Translations under genes and position numbers: made by a program | Assembly (NCBI RefSeq): GCF_009914755.1 | Contig: NC_060935.1 | Direction: 5' to 3' (one strand) | DNA from: the human T2T-CHM13v2.0 reference genome, Homo sapiens | Length of the DNA: 64,000 nt | The notes under the pieces: model-generated | Seen by the model: only the letters and a program-made list of their open reading frames with translations | Databases searched by the model: none | What the model was told of the DNA's origin: nothing | Part shown: positions 1 to 12,104 of the stretch, piece after piece | Numbering within the stretch: position 1 is the stretch's first letter | How the letters are laid out: each line of letters starts with the position of its first letter

Positions 1-144
1 CACCTGGCTAATTTTTTTGTATTTTTAGTAGAGACGGGGTTTCACCTTGTTAGCCAGAATGGTCTCAATCTCCTGACCTCATGATCTGCCCGCCTCGGCC
101 TCCCAAAGTGCTGGGATTTCAGGTGTGAGCCACCGCGCCTGGCC
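1..144 (-). mobile_element. Alu (AluY/Sc-type), left arm, cut by window edge
   Basis: Antisense Alu left-arm sequence ending gagccaccgcgcctggcc; gttagccag..tggtctc..tctcctgacctc.tgatc diagnostic. Confidence 0.93.
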
Positions 145-574
145 CTTTTACAGTACTTTTAACCATATATATGTATATAAAGAAATAATAGATTCAGTAT
201 ACTAAAACTTCTCATAATAAGGTAATATTAATGGGAACAATAAAAAAATCAATAATGCATTGTTGTTTTAGAAAAAATAGTATAGGAAAAGTAATTTAAC
301 AATTTCCAAACTGCTATGTATTCATTTTTTAAGTTATATTTTTAGGCTTCCTCAATTGTGATTTTTCTATTTTTCTGAATTGCCCGGAATGTTACTACTA
401 CATTCATTTAAAATATCATGTAGTGATTAAGTTCCCAGACTTTAAATTCAGACAAAACTAACTTTGAAGCCCATCTCCTTCTCATAATTTGTGTGTTGCC
501 AAGGCAATCTAAGATTCTTGTCCAAATATAAAAGTTTTACTTATCCATTGCAGAGTTACTACTGAGTTTTTGAG

Positions 575-805
575 ACAGTGGATTGAATCTGGAGGTGAAC
601 TGCCTGGTTTTCAATCCCAATTCTTCTACTTATTAGTTTTGTGACACTGAACAGCTTAATTAATCTCATTCCTATATCAGTCTCCTCATCTTTATAATGA
701 GATAATAACTTATCCAATAGAGTCCTTTTAAAGATTCAATGATTTAATTCATATGAAGCATCTAGCCTGGCACATATGAAGCCCTCAGTGACAATTAGCT
801 ATCAT
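575..805 (+). mobile_element. MIR SINE
   Basis: MIR core-like cagtctcctcatctttataatgagataata and 3' gcctggcacata..gccctca. Confidence 0.7.
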
Positions 806-1489
806 AATTGTCATCATCATCAACATCATTTCTATTTATATTATACTGATATTAAAAGGATTTCTCAGCAATTCTCAGGTGCTACCAAGGTTGACAAACC
901 CTAGATTTCAATTTGATTCCAGAAAAAGTATTATATGTGTTTAATTTTTTAAAAAATGAGTAAGATATTTGTAATTTGCATGCACATAATGCCTATGGTT
1001 TATAATAAGTAAGGAAAATAATAGGGAGGTACCGAGGAGAAACTCAATGAAATGAATCAGAACTATTTTAATAACTAAGGAATTTAGAGTCAATATAATT
1101 AACAAGCGAGTATCTGAGAGATTCAAGGTCATTGCTGAAGCTACTGGAAACAAAGTTTTTCAAAAAAAAAAGACAGCCTTTGCATGTAGACTAAATTATA
1201 ATATAAGTTCACATTAATCTTCAAGGTGGCATAACAATTCAAGCCCACCATTACAGCAAATCTGAGACATATGCCAAGATGCATCAGTGAAGATGAGGAT
1301 TTTGGGGAAAGCTCTCCATCAGAATAAGCCAACTGGTATTCTGTAAAGTTCCACCATGAGTTAATCTAGGGATTTAACCGTTTGTCTTCAATTCAACTCT
1401 AATCAAGCTAAAGAGGCAACTTTAAGATATAAGGGTAGTTGTTCCAGAATGATTATGTATGTGTTATTAATTCTTATAAATTTAGAATC

Positions 1490-1803
<314 letters not shown>

Positions 1804-2996
1804 TCATTGATGTTTATTCAAAGCCTCCTTCCCTGAGATATGGTATTAGAAAAATAAGCAATTATTTAAATAACCATAACTTATTATTATAAAAATCTGT
1901 CATTTAGGCTGAAATTAACACATTTAATTGGTTCTGGAGCTTTGATAAGTGTATGGATCATGACTGTGTAAATTATCAGTGGTTTTTCTCTACTTATTGA
2001 GAAATAATAGCAAATTTTAAAAATGATTAAAATTATAATAAGTGTTTTGAATGTGAGTTAATATGGTGCCACTGATAAAAGAAGAATGTTAGGAGAAAGA
2101 AGCAGGGAGGAAAGCACACTTTAATTCCTATCACAATGGCCCTTAGGTAAAAGTATCTGATTGGAGACATTTTATAGGTAACTGGGAAACATGAAGTCTA
2201 AATTTAAGTCAACATTAAGGTAAATTTTAAACTTTAAGACAGTATAAGGTTACCAAGGAAAAAAAGGAAAAAACATGAATGTAGGTATTCTGGTGAATGC
2301 ATATTGAGCCTTAGGGAAAAGTCACAAAATAGAATAATAAGCAAGTAATTAATAGCTTTTGAAGGAGGACCAGAAAAATGTCATATATTATATGACCGGG
2401 GAGAACTGTTACTGTTGGAATATATTTCCCAATAAATCTGTCTCCCTGTCTCTTACAGCCATTGCTTTTTAATTGTACCATGAGAACTATGAAAAATAAG
2501 TGTAATACTTCACATCATAGGTCCTTCAAAATGGCAATGATTATTTCTTTTTCTTTTTGTGGTATTATATTCTTTGCATCTAGCCTAGAGTCTGGTATGT
2601 TACAAATAGTTTATAAATACGTATTCATTGGTTGCATATTTGAAGACAGTCATTATATTAGTTTAAATTTTTTTCTTTCCCTGGGTTATTTCTGTATGTG
2701 GCCTTATCAGTTCTCTCACATTACCAAAAACACATACCCATATATGTACTGCATGTTTTTCAGAGTCCTGCAGACTGTAGAAGCTCTAGTTTTATTTGAC
2801 CATCATATTTTCCTTATCTTCTTCAGGCTCTGGAGGAGTAACTAATCTAGGAAGTTATCATAAAATTTTGAAGGTGCAAGCTACTTCAAAAAGAGGATCC
2901 CATTCACTGTCAATGGTAATCCATCCAAATAGGGCCAGTGAGATTTCCCTGGAATAGCTAAGCTAGAAGAATAAGAATATCTGGCAACTGTCCTAC

Positions 2997-3660
2997 TGTT
3001 AATGGTAGAGGGTGTCTAGGTTCTTCGTGTCTTGGACAAAGAATTGAACAAAATGTGGCCAGGCGCAGTGGCTCATGCCTGCAATCCCAGCACTTTGGGA
3101 GGCTGAGGCGGGTGGATCACAAGGTCAGGAGTTCAAGACCAGCCTGGCCAATACGGTGAAACCCCGTCTCTACTAAAAATACAAAAATTAGCCAGGCATG
3201 GTGGTGGGTGCCTGTAGTCCCAGCTACTTGGGAGGCTGAGGCAGGAGAATCATTTGAACCCTAGAGGTGGAGGTTGCAGTGAGCCAAGATCACACCATTG
3301 CACTCCAGCCTGGGCCACAGAGTGAGACTCTGTCACAAAAAAAAAAAAAAAAAAAAAAAAGAAAAGAAATTGAACAAAATGCACAAACAAGAAAGTAATG
3401 AAGTGATTTATTGAAAATGAAAGTACACTCCACAGTGTGGGAGCAGCCCCGAGTGCAGAGGCTCAAAGGTCCTGTTATAGAGTTCTTGTGAGTTTAAATA
3501 CTCTCTACTTGGGATATGCCCTATATAAATGAAGAGGATGAAGTAAAGGTGCAAAGTCATTTACTCGGTATATGCCCTATGGAGAGGGGATTTCCTCTCA
3601 TACCTGAACATAAGGATCAGCCTTATGTTCCCTGCCTCCAGACCCTATTTTTCAGCCTCA
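2997..3660 (-). mobile_element. MER61-family ERV1 solo LTR, interrupted by an Alu
   Basis: Minus strand starts TGAGGCTGAAAAATAGGGTCTGGAGGCAGGGAACATAAGG; TG..CA ends; 4-bp TSD ctac/ctgc; LTR AATAAA on minus strand. Confidence 0.8.
3057..3362 (+). mobile_element. AluSg-type, inserted in MER61
   Basis: Full dimer with long A tail; TSD aattgaacaaaatg on both sides. Confidence 0.93.
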
Positions 3661-3850
3661 CTGCCACATGAAAACAAACTGTGTAAAAAATGAGGATCAA
3701 GAGAAATTAATGGAGTCAACTCCTAGAGAGAAAGATACCATGTGATATTGTTGACCTCCTAGGCAGAGCTGCATTTAAATCAATTTAAGCCCTGGGGGCT
3801 CATATAAGAGCCAATAAATTCCTTTGTTTTCCCAACTTATACCATTATGT
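3661..3850 (+). mobile_element. Old MaLR LTR fragment (MLT1I/J/K-like), host of the MER61
   Basis: 3' motif gagccaataaattcctttgtttt and degenerate MLT1-like body. Confidence 0.5.
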
Positions 3851-3901
3851 GAAATTAAAAAATGATTTAACTAAAGTTGACATCCAAAAATGGTACACCA
3901 C

Positions 3902-3983
3902 TTTTTTTTTTTTTTTTTTTTGAGATGGAGTCTTGCCCTGTGCCCAGGCTGGAGTGCAGTGGTGCAATCTCAGCTCACTGCAA
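3902..3983 (-). mobile_element. Severely 5'-truncated Alu (last ~60 bp plus poly(A))
   Basis: T-run then gagatggagtcttg..gctcactgcaag; TSD aatggtacaccactt/aatggcacaccactt. Confidence 0.9.
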
Positions 3984-4207
3984 GAATGGCACACCACTTC
4001 TAAGTGTGGTCTGCTCTCTACAAAGGAGCTCTAATTAGATTTAAAAAAAAAGGAAATAAATAATAAGTGCTTTTCTTACCATTATAATTTTCCCAACATA
4101 TGCTTATGACTTATGTATCCAAATGTTATGTTATTATTCACTGATTCAGAGTCATCTGCCTCTTTCCATTTTGGTCACCATATTACCAACTACATTGATA
4201 GGAGAGA

Positions 4208-4858
4208 TTTTTTTTTTTTTTACTTTTTTTTTAAAATTATACTTTAAGTTCTAGGGTACATGTGCACAACATGCAGGTTTGTTACATATGTATACATGTA
4301 CCATGTTGGTGTGCTGAACCCATTGACTCGTCATTTACATTAGGTATATCTCCTAATGCTATCCCTCCTCCCTCCCGCCACCCCACAACAGGCCCTGGTG
4401 TGTGATGTTCCCCACCCTGTGTCCAAGTGTTCTCATTGTTCAATTCCCACCTATGAGTGAGAACATGTGGTGTTTGATTTTCTGTCCTTGTGATAGTTTG
4501 CTCAGAATGATGGTTTCTAGCTTCATCCATGTCCCTACAAAGGAGGGACATCCTTTTTAATGGCTGCATAGTATTCCATGGTGTATATGTGCCACATTTT
4601 CTTAATCCAGTCTATCATTGTTGGACATTTGGGTTGGTTCCAAGTCTTTACTATTGTGAATAGTGCCGCAATAAACATACATGTGCATGTGTCTATATAG
4701 CAGCATGATTTATAATCCTTTGGGTATATACCCAGTAATGGGATGGCTGGGTCAAATGACATTTCTAGTTCTAGATTCTTGAGGAATCACCACACTGCCT
4801 TCCACAATGGTTGAACTAGTTTACAGTCCCACCAACAGTGTAAAAGTGTTCCTATTTC
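4208..4858 (-). mobile_element. L1PA (about PA5/6) 3' end, 5'-truncated
   Basis: L1 3'UTR and ORF2 C-terminus (FDPAIPLLGIYPKDYKSCC..); TSD ataggaga(g/t)atttt. Confidence 0.93.
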
Positions 4859-5007
4859 AATAGGAGATATTTTTAAGAGATGATAAGCCAATTGGTTAAC
4901 TGACGTTTAAGTTTTTTTTTTTCCTCCATAATCTCATTTATTTTCCAGGCTGAATATTTGGCAAGTGCCAAAGCTTTGGTTGAGGAGCAGAGAGATACAC
5001 TTTTAAC

Positions 5008-5331
5008 ATATATATATATGTATATATATATATTTTTTTTGGAGACGGCGTCTTGCTCTCTCACCCAGGCTGGAGTGCAGTGGTGCAAGGTGCAATCTTG
5101 GCTCACTGCAACCTCTGCCTCCTGGGTTCAAGAAATTCTCCTGCCTCAGCCTCCTGAGCAGCTGGGACTGCAGGCGTACACTGCCACAGCTGGCTAATTT
5201 TTTGTATTTTAGTAGAGATGGAGTTTTACCATATTGCCCAGGCTGGTCTCAAACTCAGGAGCTCAGGCAATCCGCCCACCTCAGCCTCCCAAAGTACTGG
5301 GATTACAGGTGTGAGCCATTACACCCAGCCC
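5008..5331 (-). mobile_element. AluS with (TA)n-converted tail
   Basis: Full antisense Alu; flanked by aacatatat repeats. Confidence 0.92.
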
Positions 5332-6039
5332 AACATATATTTTTAAAATAAGAAATGATGCTTCACTTCAAAAAAAAATAAACCCGCTACACTTTACTAT
5401 GTCTCATGGGGTGCAGAAGGAGACTACTTTAAATACATTTTTTTTATTGACAAAGTGGCATTGATAAGATACTTGACAATATCAACCTAAATGAAACAAA
5501 CAAAAACATGGCAATAGGGCTCAGATGCACTTTTAATTAATTTTATAGAATAGCAGTAATATTAGGATTGTGAAATGGATAAATCCAAGTAAAAGTCATT
5601 TGGGGTAAACCAAAAAGGTAGAGTTATTTGATGAAGAGGCATTTTGTGAATGGGCAAGTACAGGTTGAAGAAGAATAACTTGACTCATGGCAAATGTGCT
5701 AGAGAATGTAACTTCTATAGAATGGCTGCAGAAAACTGAAAAGGCCTGGAAAAATTACCTGACATTTTAGGTGAAAATAAATGAAGATGTTAGAAAGAAG
5801 CAGAATTTTTAAAAAATCAGTTTTTCCCAAAGTTAGATTAATTTCCCTTTTTGCTCTACCTCAAACTGCTTCTTGAGCTTTTCATTTTAGTCAAATTGTC
5901 ATCTTAAAAAGCAGCACTAATGAAATTGCTGAAAGCATTATAAAAATATATAGAAAGAGGCAAGTGCTAAAATCATCCATTATTAAGAGACTGTGAACTG
6001 TAAACATCAGACAGGGCACCCATCACTGCAGAGGCAAAT

Positions 6040-6411
6040 TGAAAGCTGAAAGAGATTTGCTTTATTGTCTCTCTGATTTAAAATTGATTGAAATGCATAT
6101 ACAAATGGAAAAGCTGTCAAAGGCTGCCTGTGGTAAGTTGATAGCTCATCTTTTCCTTCTGACCCAAAGCTTTAATGGTGTTCCTTTCAGGTAGGGAAGG
6201 AAGAAGGTAGGTTTTGAACCCATCATGTACAAGTATGAACTGAGACCCAGACATTGGTGATGACCATTTCCTGCTATCTTTGTTGATCACACGGATCGTG
6301 AGCAGTGTGTATGCCCACGTTGATGAAATCAGTGCATATGTCCCCATTGTCTGTATTGCACATAAAAAAAAATTCTTGCTGTTGTTTACAGAAGCGAGAA
6401 TGTCATCAATC
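6040..6411 (-). ncRNA. Candidate terminal exon of an unidentified minus-strand transcript
   Basis: Acceptor catttcaatgcctttcag|G at 6412; AATAAA (plus tttatt 6061-66); non-repeat sequence; no transcript evidence. Confidence 0.25.
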
Positions 6412-6486
6412 CTGAAAGGCATTGAAATGTCATGTGAAAACAGGCTGAAATGTTTTTAATAAGGCAAATCCAAGAAAACATCTCTC

Positions 6487-6783
6487 GGCCTGGCACGGTG
6501 GCTCATGCCTGTAATCCCAGCACTTTAGGAGGCTGAGGCCGGCAGATCACGAGGTCAGGAGTTTGAGACTAGCCTGGCCAATATGGTGAAACCCCGTCTC
6601 TACTAAAAATACAAAAATTAGCCAGGCGTGGTAGTGCACGCCTGTAGTCCCAGCTACTCGGGAGGCTGAGGCAGAAGAATCGCTTGAACCCAGAAGGCGG
6701 AGGTTGCAGTGAGCAGAGATCACGGCCACTGTACTCCAGCCTGGGCAACAGGGGGAGACTCTCTGAAAACAAACAAATAAAAA
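6487..6783 (+). mobile_element. AluSg-type
   Basis: Full dimer; degenerate TSD aaaacatctctc/aaaacaactgtc. Confidence 0.93.
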
Positions 6784-6869
6784 CAACTGTCACTATTTTC
6801 CTTCTTTATTTTCCCTGTGCCTACACCCTAGTCTAGTCAAGATGTTGTCCCATTTCTGATGTTGTTTTT

Positions 6870-7310
6870 CTTCCAGAATCCACATTGCTACCCAAAATGA
6901 ATTACTTCTTCTAAACCAAACTAATATTTTTAAGGCATTAATTTATGCTTATCAACTCTGTACCACAAATCCTTCAAGGACCCTCAACTGCCAATGTCCT
7001 AACAGGATGTTAAAATCCAAACTCCTCCAAGAAGGCATTTAGAGTTGTCAATAATCCAGCTCCACTTTTTTCCTCCATCACTGTTCTGCCAAAGTTTTCA
7101 TTATAGTCTTCTCTTCAGGCCAGTCTTCTCTTCACCACACCTAAAACATCTGACACCTCTGACCCAACACATTATACTCCATTCTTCCTCTAAATATTTA
7201 TGTGAATTATTTTCCTGATTTTAATTACTTACTCTAATTCTCTCTGTATTTACAAATTATATCCATTCTTTAGATTTTCATTCAAATCTTAATGTCACTA
7301 TGCATAAAAT
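6870..7310 (+). mobile_element. L2 fragment
   Basis: L2-like motifs aatccttcaa..aaaatccaaactcct..tcaaatcttaatgtcact. Confidence 0.5.
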
Positions 7311-9911
7311 GTCTCAGGAAATAATCAGTTGTTTCTGCTGGAGTAAGTTCTCAACACAGAAAAATAGTTTTAGAATGAAAATAACATAACAGGGAAAATG
7401 CAGATTGTTTGTGCCAATAACAACAATATATTTTTTTAAAATTCAGCCCTTCAAGGTTTTGTAGTGCTTTTTTTGCTCTATGCATGCACATATACCCACA
7501 CACACATACAAAACCTATGATCATTTCTAGTGAGATAAAATAACTACACTTGAAATTAGTAATCGTTTCATAATGAAAGACAGGAAATCAAACCAACAGA
7601 CAAAATACCCTGTATATGATGAGAGTTGATCAGGCTCAAAAATGAAATGTCATATATTAGTACCAGGCAATTCCCTGATACCAACCACAATGATAAAAGT
7701 CAATGAAATAAAAAAAAGTGTTAACTCATATGTAGATCACTTGAAATTGAGAATGTGACACAACTTATCTTTACCAGGTTGTACTTTTTATGAAGATAAA
7801 AATTACTCAGATATTTAATGTGTTCTATTAAAATAAAATTTTAATGAAGTATTCAAAAATTTCACATATTTGAAACATAACTACATGCGATTTGAAAGAA
7901 GACTCTGCTTTGTTCACCATAAATTCAATGTTCATAAATATTTTAGATAAACACAATTTAAATCTGATTATAAAAACTTACAATATTGTTAAAAGCAAGC
8001 TGCCACCTGACACATACAGAAAAGCACATGTTCTCAGAGACTATTTTATTAAGCCACATATATTGATATTGTAACCAATATGTTAGAAAAACAACAATTT
8101 TTGAAAATGTAATTAGCACAATTTTTTAAGAAGATAGGAAAGAACACAAAGATACAAATCCAATGTACTTGACACATTAATTTGAGGCTGAGAATATTTG
8201 ACATCTTCATCATTCAGGTGGAAGAGGCTTCAGATGTTACTGTTCTCATTATTTTCCAGGTAATCATAAAAATTAAGAAAAAATATTTACAGTGTTTAAG
8301 CATTTGCGTTTAAAAATATTTTATCAAGTAAGGTATCAAAAGTGTAATGAAAGCTGTATTAAAAATTTGAAAACTATCTAAGCAAAAAAGCACGTATGAG
8401 ACTTTTATTATGTATGAACCATCATTGTGTTTCATTAAAAAGATCCCTGATTAAGGAAATTTGCTAGGCAAATACTGTCAGCAAACACTACACTAGTTAT
8501 ATTTTTATTATGTTTTATGTTTTAACTGCATTTCATTCAGAGTTACATGTAATCCTACTTGAAGTGATTTAAAAATTATTTTTATAGTGGAATCTGTTCT
8601 ATTGTCCATATGATAGTTTAAAATATGAGAATTTCAGATAATATTTTACAGTGTTAATACTTAAACTCCAGATGTTGTGGAAACAGGTTATATATTTTGC
8701 TGCTAATTTTAGTAATCTAAGTAAGTCCAATTCACACTCACAAAATTACCTACTTTTAAATGTATATAGAATGCCCGCCTTAAAATTGAAGCTAAAGTTT
8801 GATTTTAACAGCAAGGAAAAATAAATATGACTGTTTTGAAATATTAAATTGTTATTTCATAGTTGAAACTGAGGTGGTATTTTTTTGACATTTTTGAAAA
8901 ATTCTTAATGAACATTTATGTTGGCAAAGGAACGTTTTCAGAGCCAATATTAACCAATCATTGAAAGCAAGCACTAGTTGAATATTGGTAAGTTAGTGAT
9001 ATAATTTTGAAAAATAGAAATCAGTTCTTGTCGAACTATCAGAATTTAATTGGAAAATGTAGGAAGATAGCACGCAGAAATAGTTAAAAATCAGTTGCAA
9101 TTTTTTGTCTGTGTAAATGATTTCTCAACACTGTGCCCTGAAAGACAAAATTAAGAAATAAATTAACAACTAAAACTATTAAACTTGAAATAACTTATAC
9201 TAACTTTTCTTCTAATTCAACGGATTGGAGTTCCATGTAAGAATTTATTTGACAAAATTGGATCTGTTGTTAAATATGAAAACCACTCAATAGGAATTCT
9301 GTCAAGGATACAGTACAGATGAAGAGGCATGCCAGAAGTTTTGTTTTGTTTTCCTGTAAAAGAAGGTAGAGAAGGTGATTTCAAGATTGATTTTATTTCT
9401 AAAACAAACCTGATGCTGCATGTATCTAGCAGTTTACCTAAATGAACAAGTAGATTAATAGAATAATAGTGACTAGCTAAATATCTGTTCCCATTAATAT
9501 CTGGCACTAGAGGCTTTATGTAATCTATTTTATTTAATTTGATGTGTGATTGCACATTTCTCTGTCTATCCAGTATCTTGGGGTGTAATAGTTCTAAACT
9601 ACTGTTACAAAAAGTGCTTTGATTAAAAATTTAGGAAATTTTCTTCTAGTTATAAGCTTTTTAAAAAAATAATAAAAGCCCGAAAGACTCAATAAACTTT
9701 TATTTTCCAAAATAAACTCTATGGTCATGTGAAAGTCTGCAAAAAGCATTTTCTTCTATATGTACACATACTTGCATAAAAAAGTCTTTAATCTTGTGTT
9801 TTTAGAAGTTTTAGATTTCTGGGAAAAATCTTATTTCATTATTTCCCTTCCCAAGTATTGACAATAATTTCCATTCTCAGATTTTCTTTATGTTGATATG
9901 GAAAGGCATAT

Positions 9912-10681
9912 TGTCATAATCTGTTAAAACTGCTATAACAAAAATTATCATACACTGGGTGGCTTCTAAACAATAGGAATTTTTTCTCACAGTTCTGGAG
10001 GCTGGAAAGTTAAAGATCAAAAGATGCCCTCAGATTCAGTGTCGGATGAGGGTCATTTTCTGGTTCATAGAACTCATCTTCTCATTGAGTCCTCATATAA
10101 TAGAAGGAGCTCATTAGCTCTCTAGGGTCTCTCTTACACGGGGACTGATATAGCTTGGACGTTTGGTCCCTACAAATCTTACGTTGAAATGTGATCCCCA
10201 GTATTGGAGGTGGGACCTGGTGGGAAGTGTTTGGGTCATGGGGGCAGATCCCTCATGAATGGCTTAGTGCCTCTTCATGGTAATGAAATAGCAAGAGATC
10301 TCATTATTAAAAAAGAGTCTGGTATCTCTCGTCTCTCCTGCTCCTTTTCTCTTGCTCCCTCTCTCACTATGTGACACACCTGCCTCCCCTTCACCTTCCT
10401 CCATGAGTGGAAGATTCCTAAGGCCTTCATCAGATAGAGATGCTGATTCCATGTTTCTTGTACAGTCTGTAGACCTATGAGAGAAAATAAACCTCTTTTC
10501 TTTATAAATTACCCAGCCTCAGGTATTCCTTCATAGCAATGCAAAACATACTACACAGACACTAATCCCATTCACAAGGTCACAGCTCTCATTACCTAAT
10601 CACCCCCACCAAAAGCCCCACCTAATACATTGGAATTAGGTTTCAGCATATGAATTTGGGGAAAACAGACATTCAACACAT
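9912..10681 (-). mobile_element. MLT1A-type MaLR solo LTR, split by MSTB
   Basis: ctcacagttctggaggctggaaag..aagatcaa and actaatcccattca..tatgaatttgggg..acattca halves. Confidence 0.85.
10146..10557 (+). mobile_element. MSTB-type MaLR solo LTR
   Basis: tgatatagcttgg..aataaacctcttttctttataaattacccagcctcaggtattcct..aca; degenerate 5-bp TSD gggac/gacac. Confidence 0.88.
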
Positions 10682-11389
10682 TTTCAGAGATCTGATATTT
10701 CTCTATAATTTATGGCTTGTTGGCTTTGTAAAAATAGGGGATAATTTTTACTACTGGCAGGTAGAATTGGCAGAAAAGCAATTTTTGTTGAGGATTTCCA
10801 AAGAAACCAAAATTGGATATATGTTCTGCAATGTAAGAAAATTGGATAAATGCCAGTGTAGTTAAATAATTGACCAGACAATTGGAAATTTTCAGGAAAG
10901 AAAAAATAATCGTTTGAATAAAGGCAACCTCTAAGTCAACAGTATGTATTAAAAGCACATCTCAATGGCTTTTATGAGCATATTTAAAATAATTCAACTG
11001 TTAAAATGCTGTGGAATAATTTTAAATTCCTACATATGCATATTTGAAATATTGAGTGTAGGCAGGCAAATTGCCAGGATGTTTATCAAACATAAATAAA
11101 AGTTGTTTTAGATTAATTTTCTTGTTAACAACAAAATCAGAGTGGTGAAAATTATTTTCATTATTTATTTATCATGAGCTGACTAATGTTATTTAACACT
11201 TCGTTTAGGGATTGATTACAATGATACTTTGTGGAAAAAAAAGAGTTCATATGTGACTGGAGCCCAGATGAACTTTTATAACATCGTGTAATGTATTTGG
11301 TGGTGATCCTCCGACTGCTGCCAAACAGCCTGGTTGTATTGTTATCAGTTGAGGAGCTAATTAAAAATACAGAGTATTGGCATGTCAAG

Positions 11390-11480
11390 ATGATTTTTAG
11401 ATTCAGTGGGTCTAAGATGAAGCTTATGAATATGTGTTATTTTACAAATTTTCCAGGAAATTCTAATTCACCTTCATAAT
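11390..11480. mobile_element. MER5-type hAT fragment
   Basis: gattcagtgggtct..ttttacaaattttccagg.aattctaat resembles MER5. Confidence 0.45.
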
Positions 11481-11699
11481 TCAAAGCAATCAAATGATTT
11501 CCCTAGCCACCCCACCAAACCTAGAAAATTTGTACCATCCCCCCATTGAAAGGTATTATCTTCTCTTATTGCTAAGCCTATGTTTTCATTTTGTCAACTG
11601 ACACAATCAAGACAAATCCGGATATATATATTCCATGAGGGAATTCTTCTGTTTTTGGTGTATTATGCATCCAGCACAGTGCTCAGTCTTACATAAAGA

Positions 11700-11805
11700 T
11701 GTTATTTTAAATTTACAGCAACACTTTCAGGGAGATTTCCTCATGCCCTTTTAAAAGATGAGGAAATAACATCTCAGAAAGGTTAAATATCTTGCCCAAG
11801 GCCAA
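11700..11805 (-). mobile_element. MIR fragment
   Basis: agatgaggaaa..ctcagaaaggttaaatatcttgcccaaggcc. Confidence 0.7.
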
Positions 11806-12104
11806 GATTAAAACCTTTGTTCTCCAAAACCTTTCCAAAGGATATCACCAATGTCACCACTATATAAAAAGGAGAGCTCCAAACACCTAAGAGATCAAGG
11901 TTTAAGACCTCCGAAGGTATTTGCTACAGCAAAGAAACAAAGAAACACTAGTGGTGTTCATGGTTTCTTATCCCATTCTTAAGCCTTTTAGACTCTACTT
12001 TGTGACATAATTCACATCAAAACTTTCGATGAAGTCTCTCCTGCTCTTCAATTTTAGAGTTTCTCCAGTTTAAAAATTGCCTCAGTTTTACTTCTTTAAG
12101 AATT

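Noticed and set aside
2462-2845. 127-aa ORF after a good plus-strand acceptor (tctcttacag, 2458)
   Set aside because: F/I/Y-rich composition typical of random AT-rich DNA, non-ATG start, no recognisable domain or matching donor
3505-3580. p53 response element in MER61 (family known for p53 sites)
   Set aside because: Half-sites read GGGCATATCC and GGGCATATAC, lacking the core G of CWWG, and have no adjacent second half-site
6117-6422. 101-aa minus-strand ORF in unique sequence
   Set aside because: No recognisable homology, and it crosses a T-run and splice-like signals; kept only as a candidate non-coding exon
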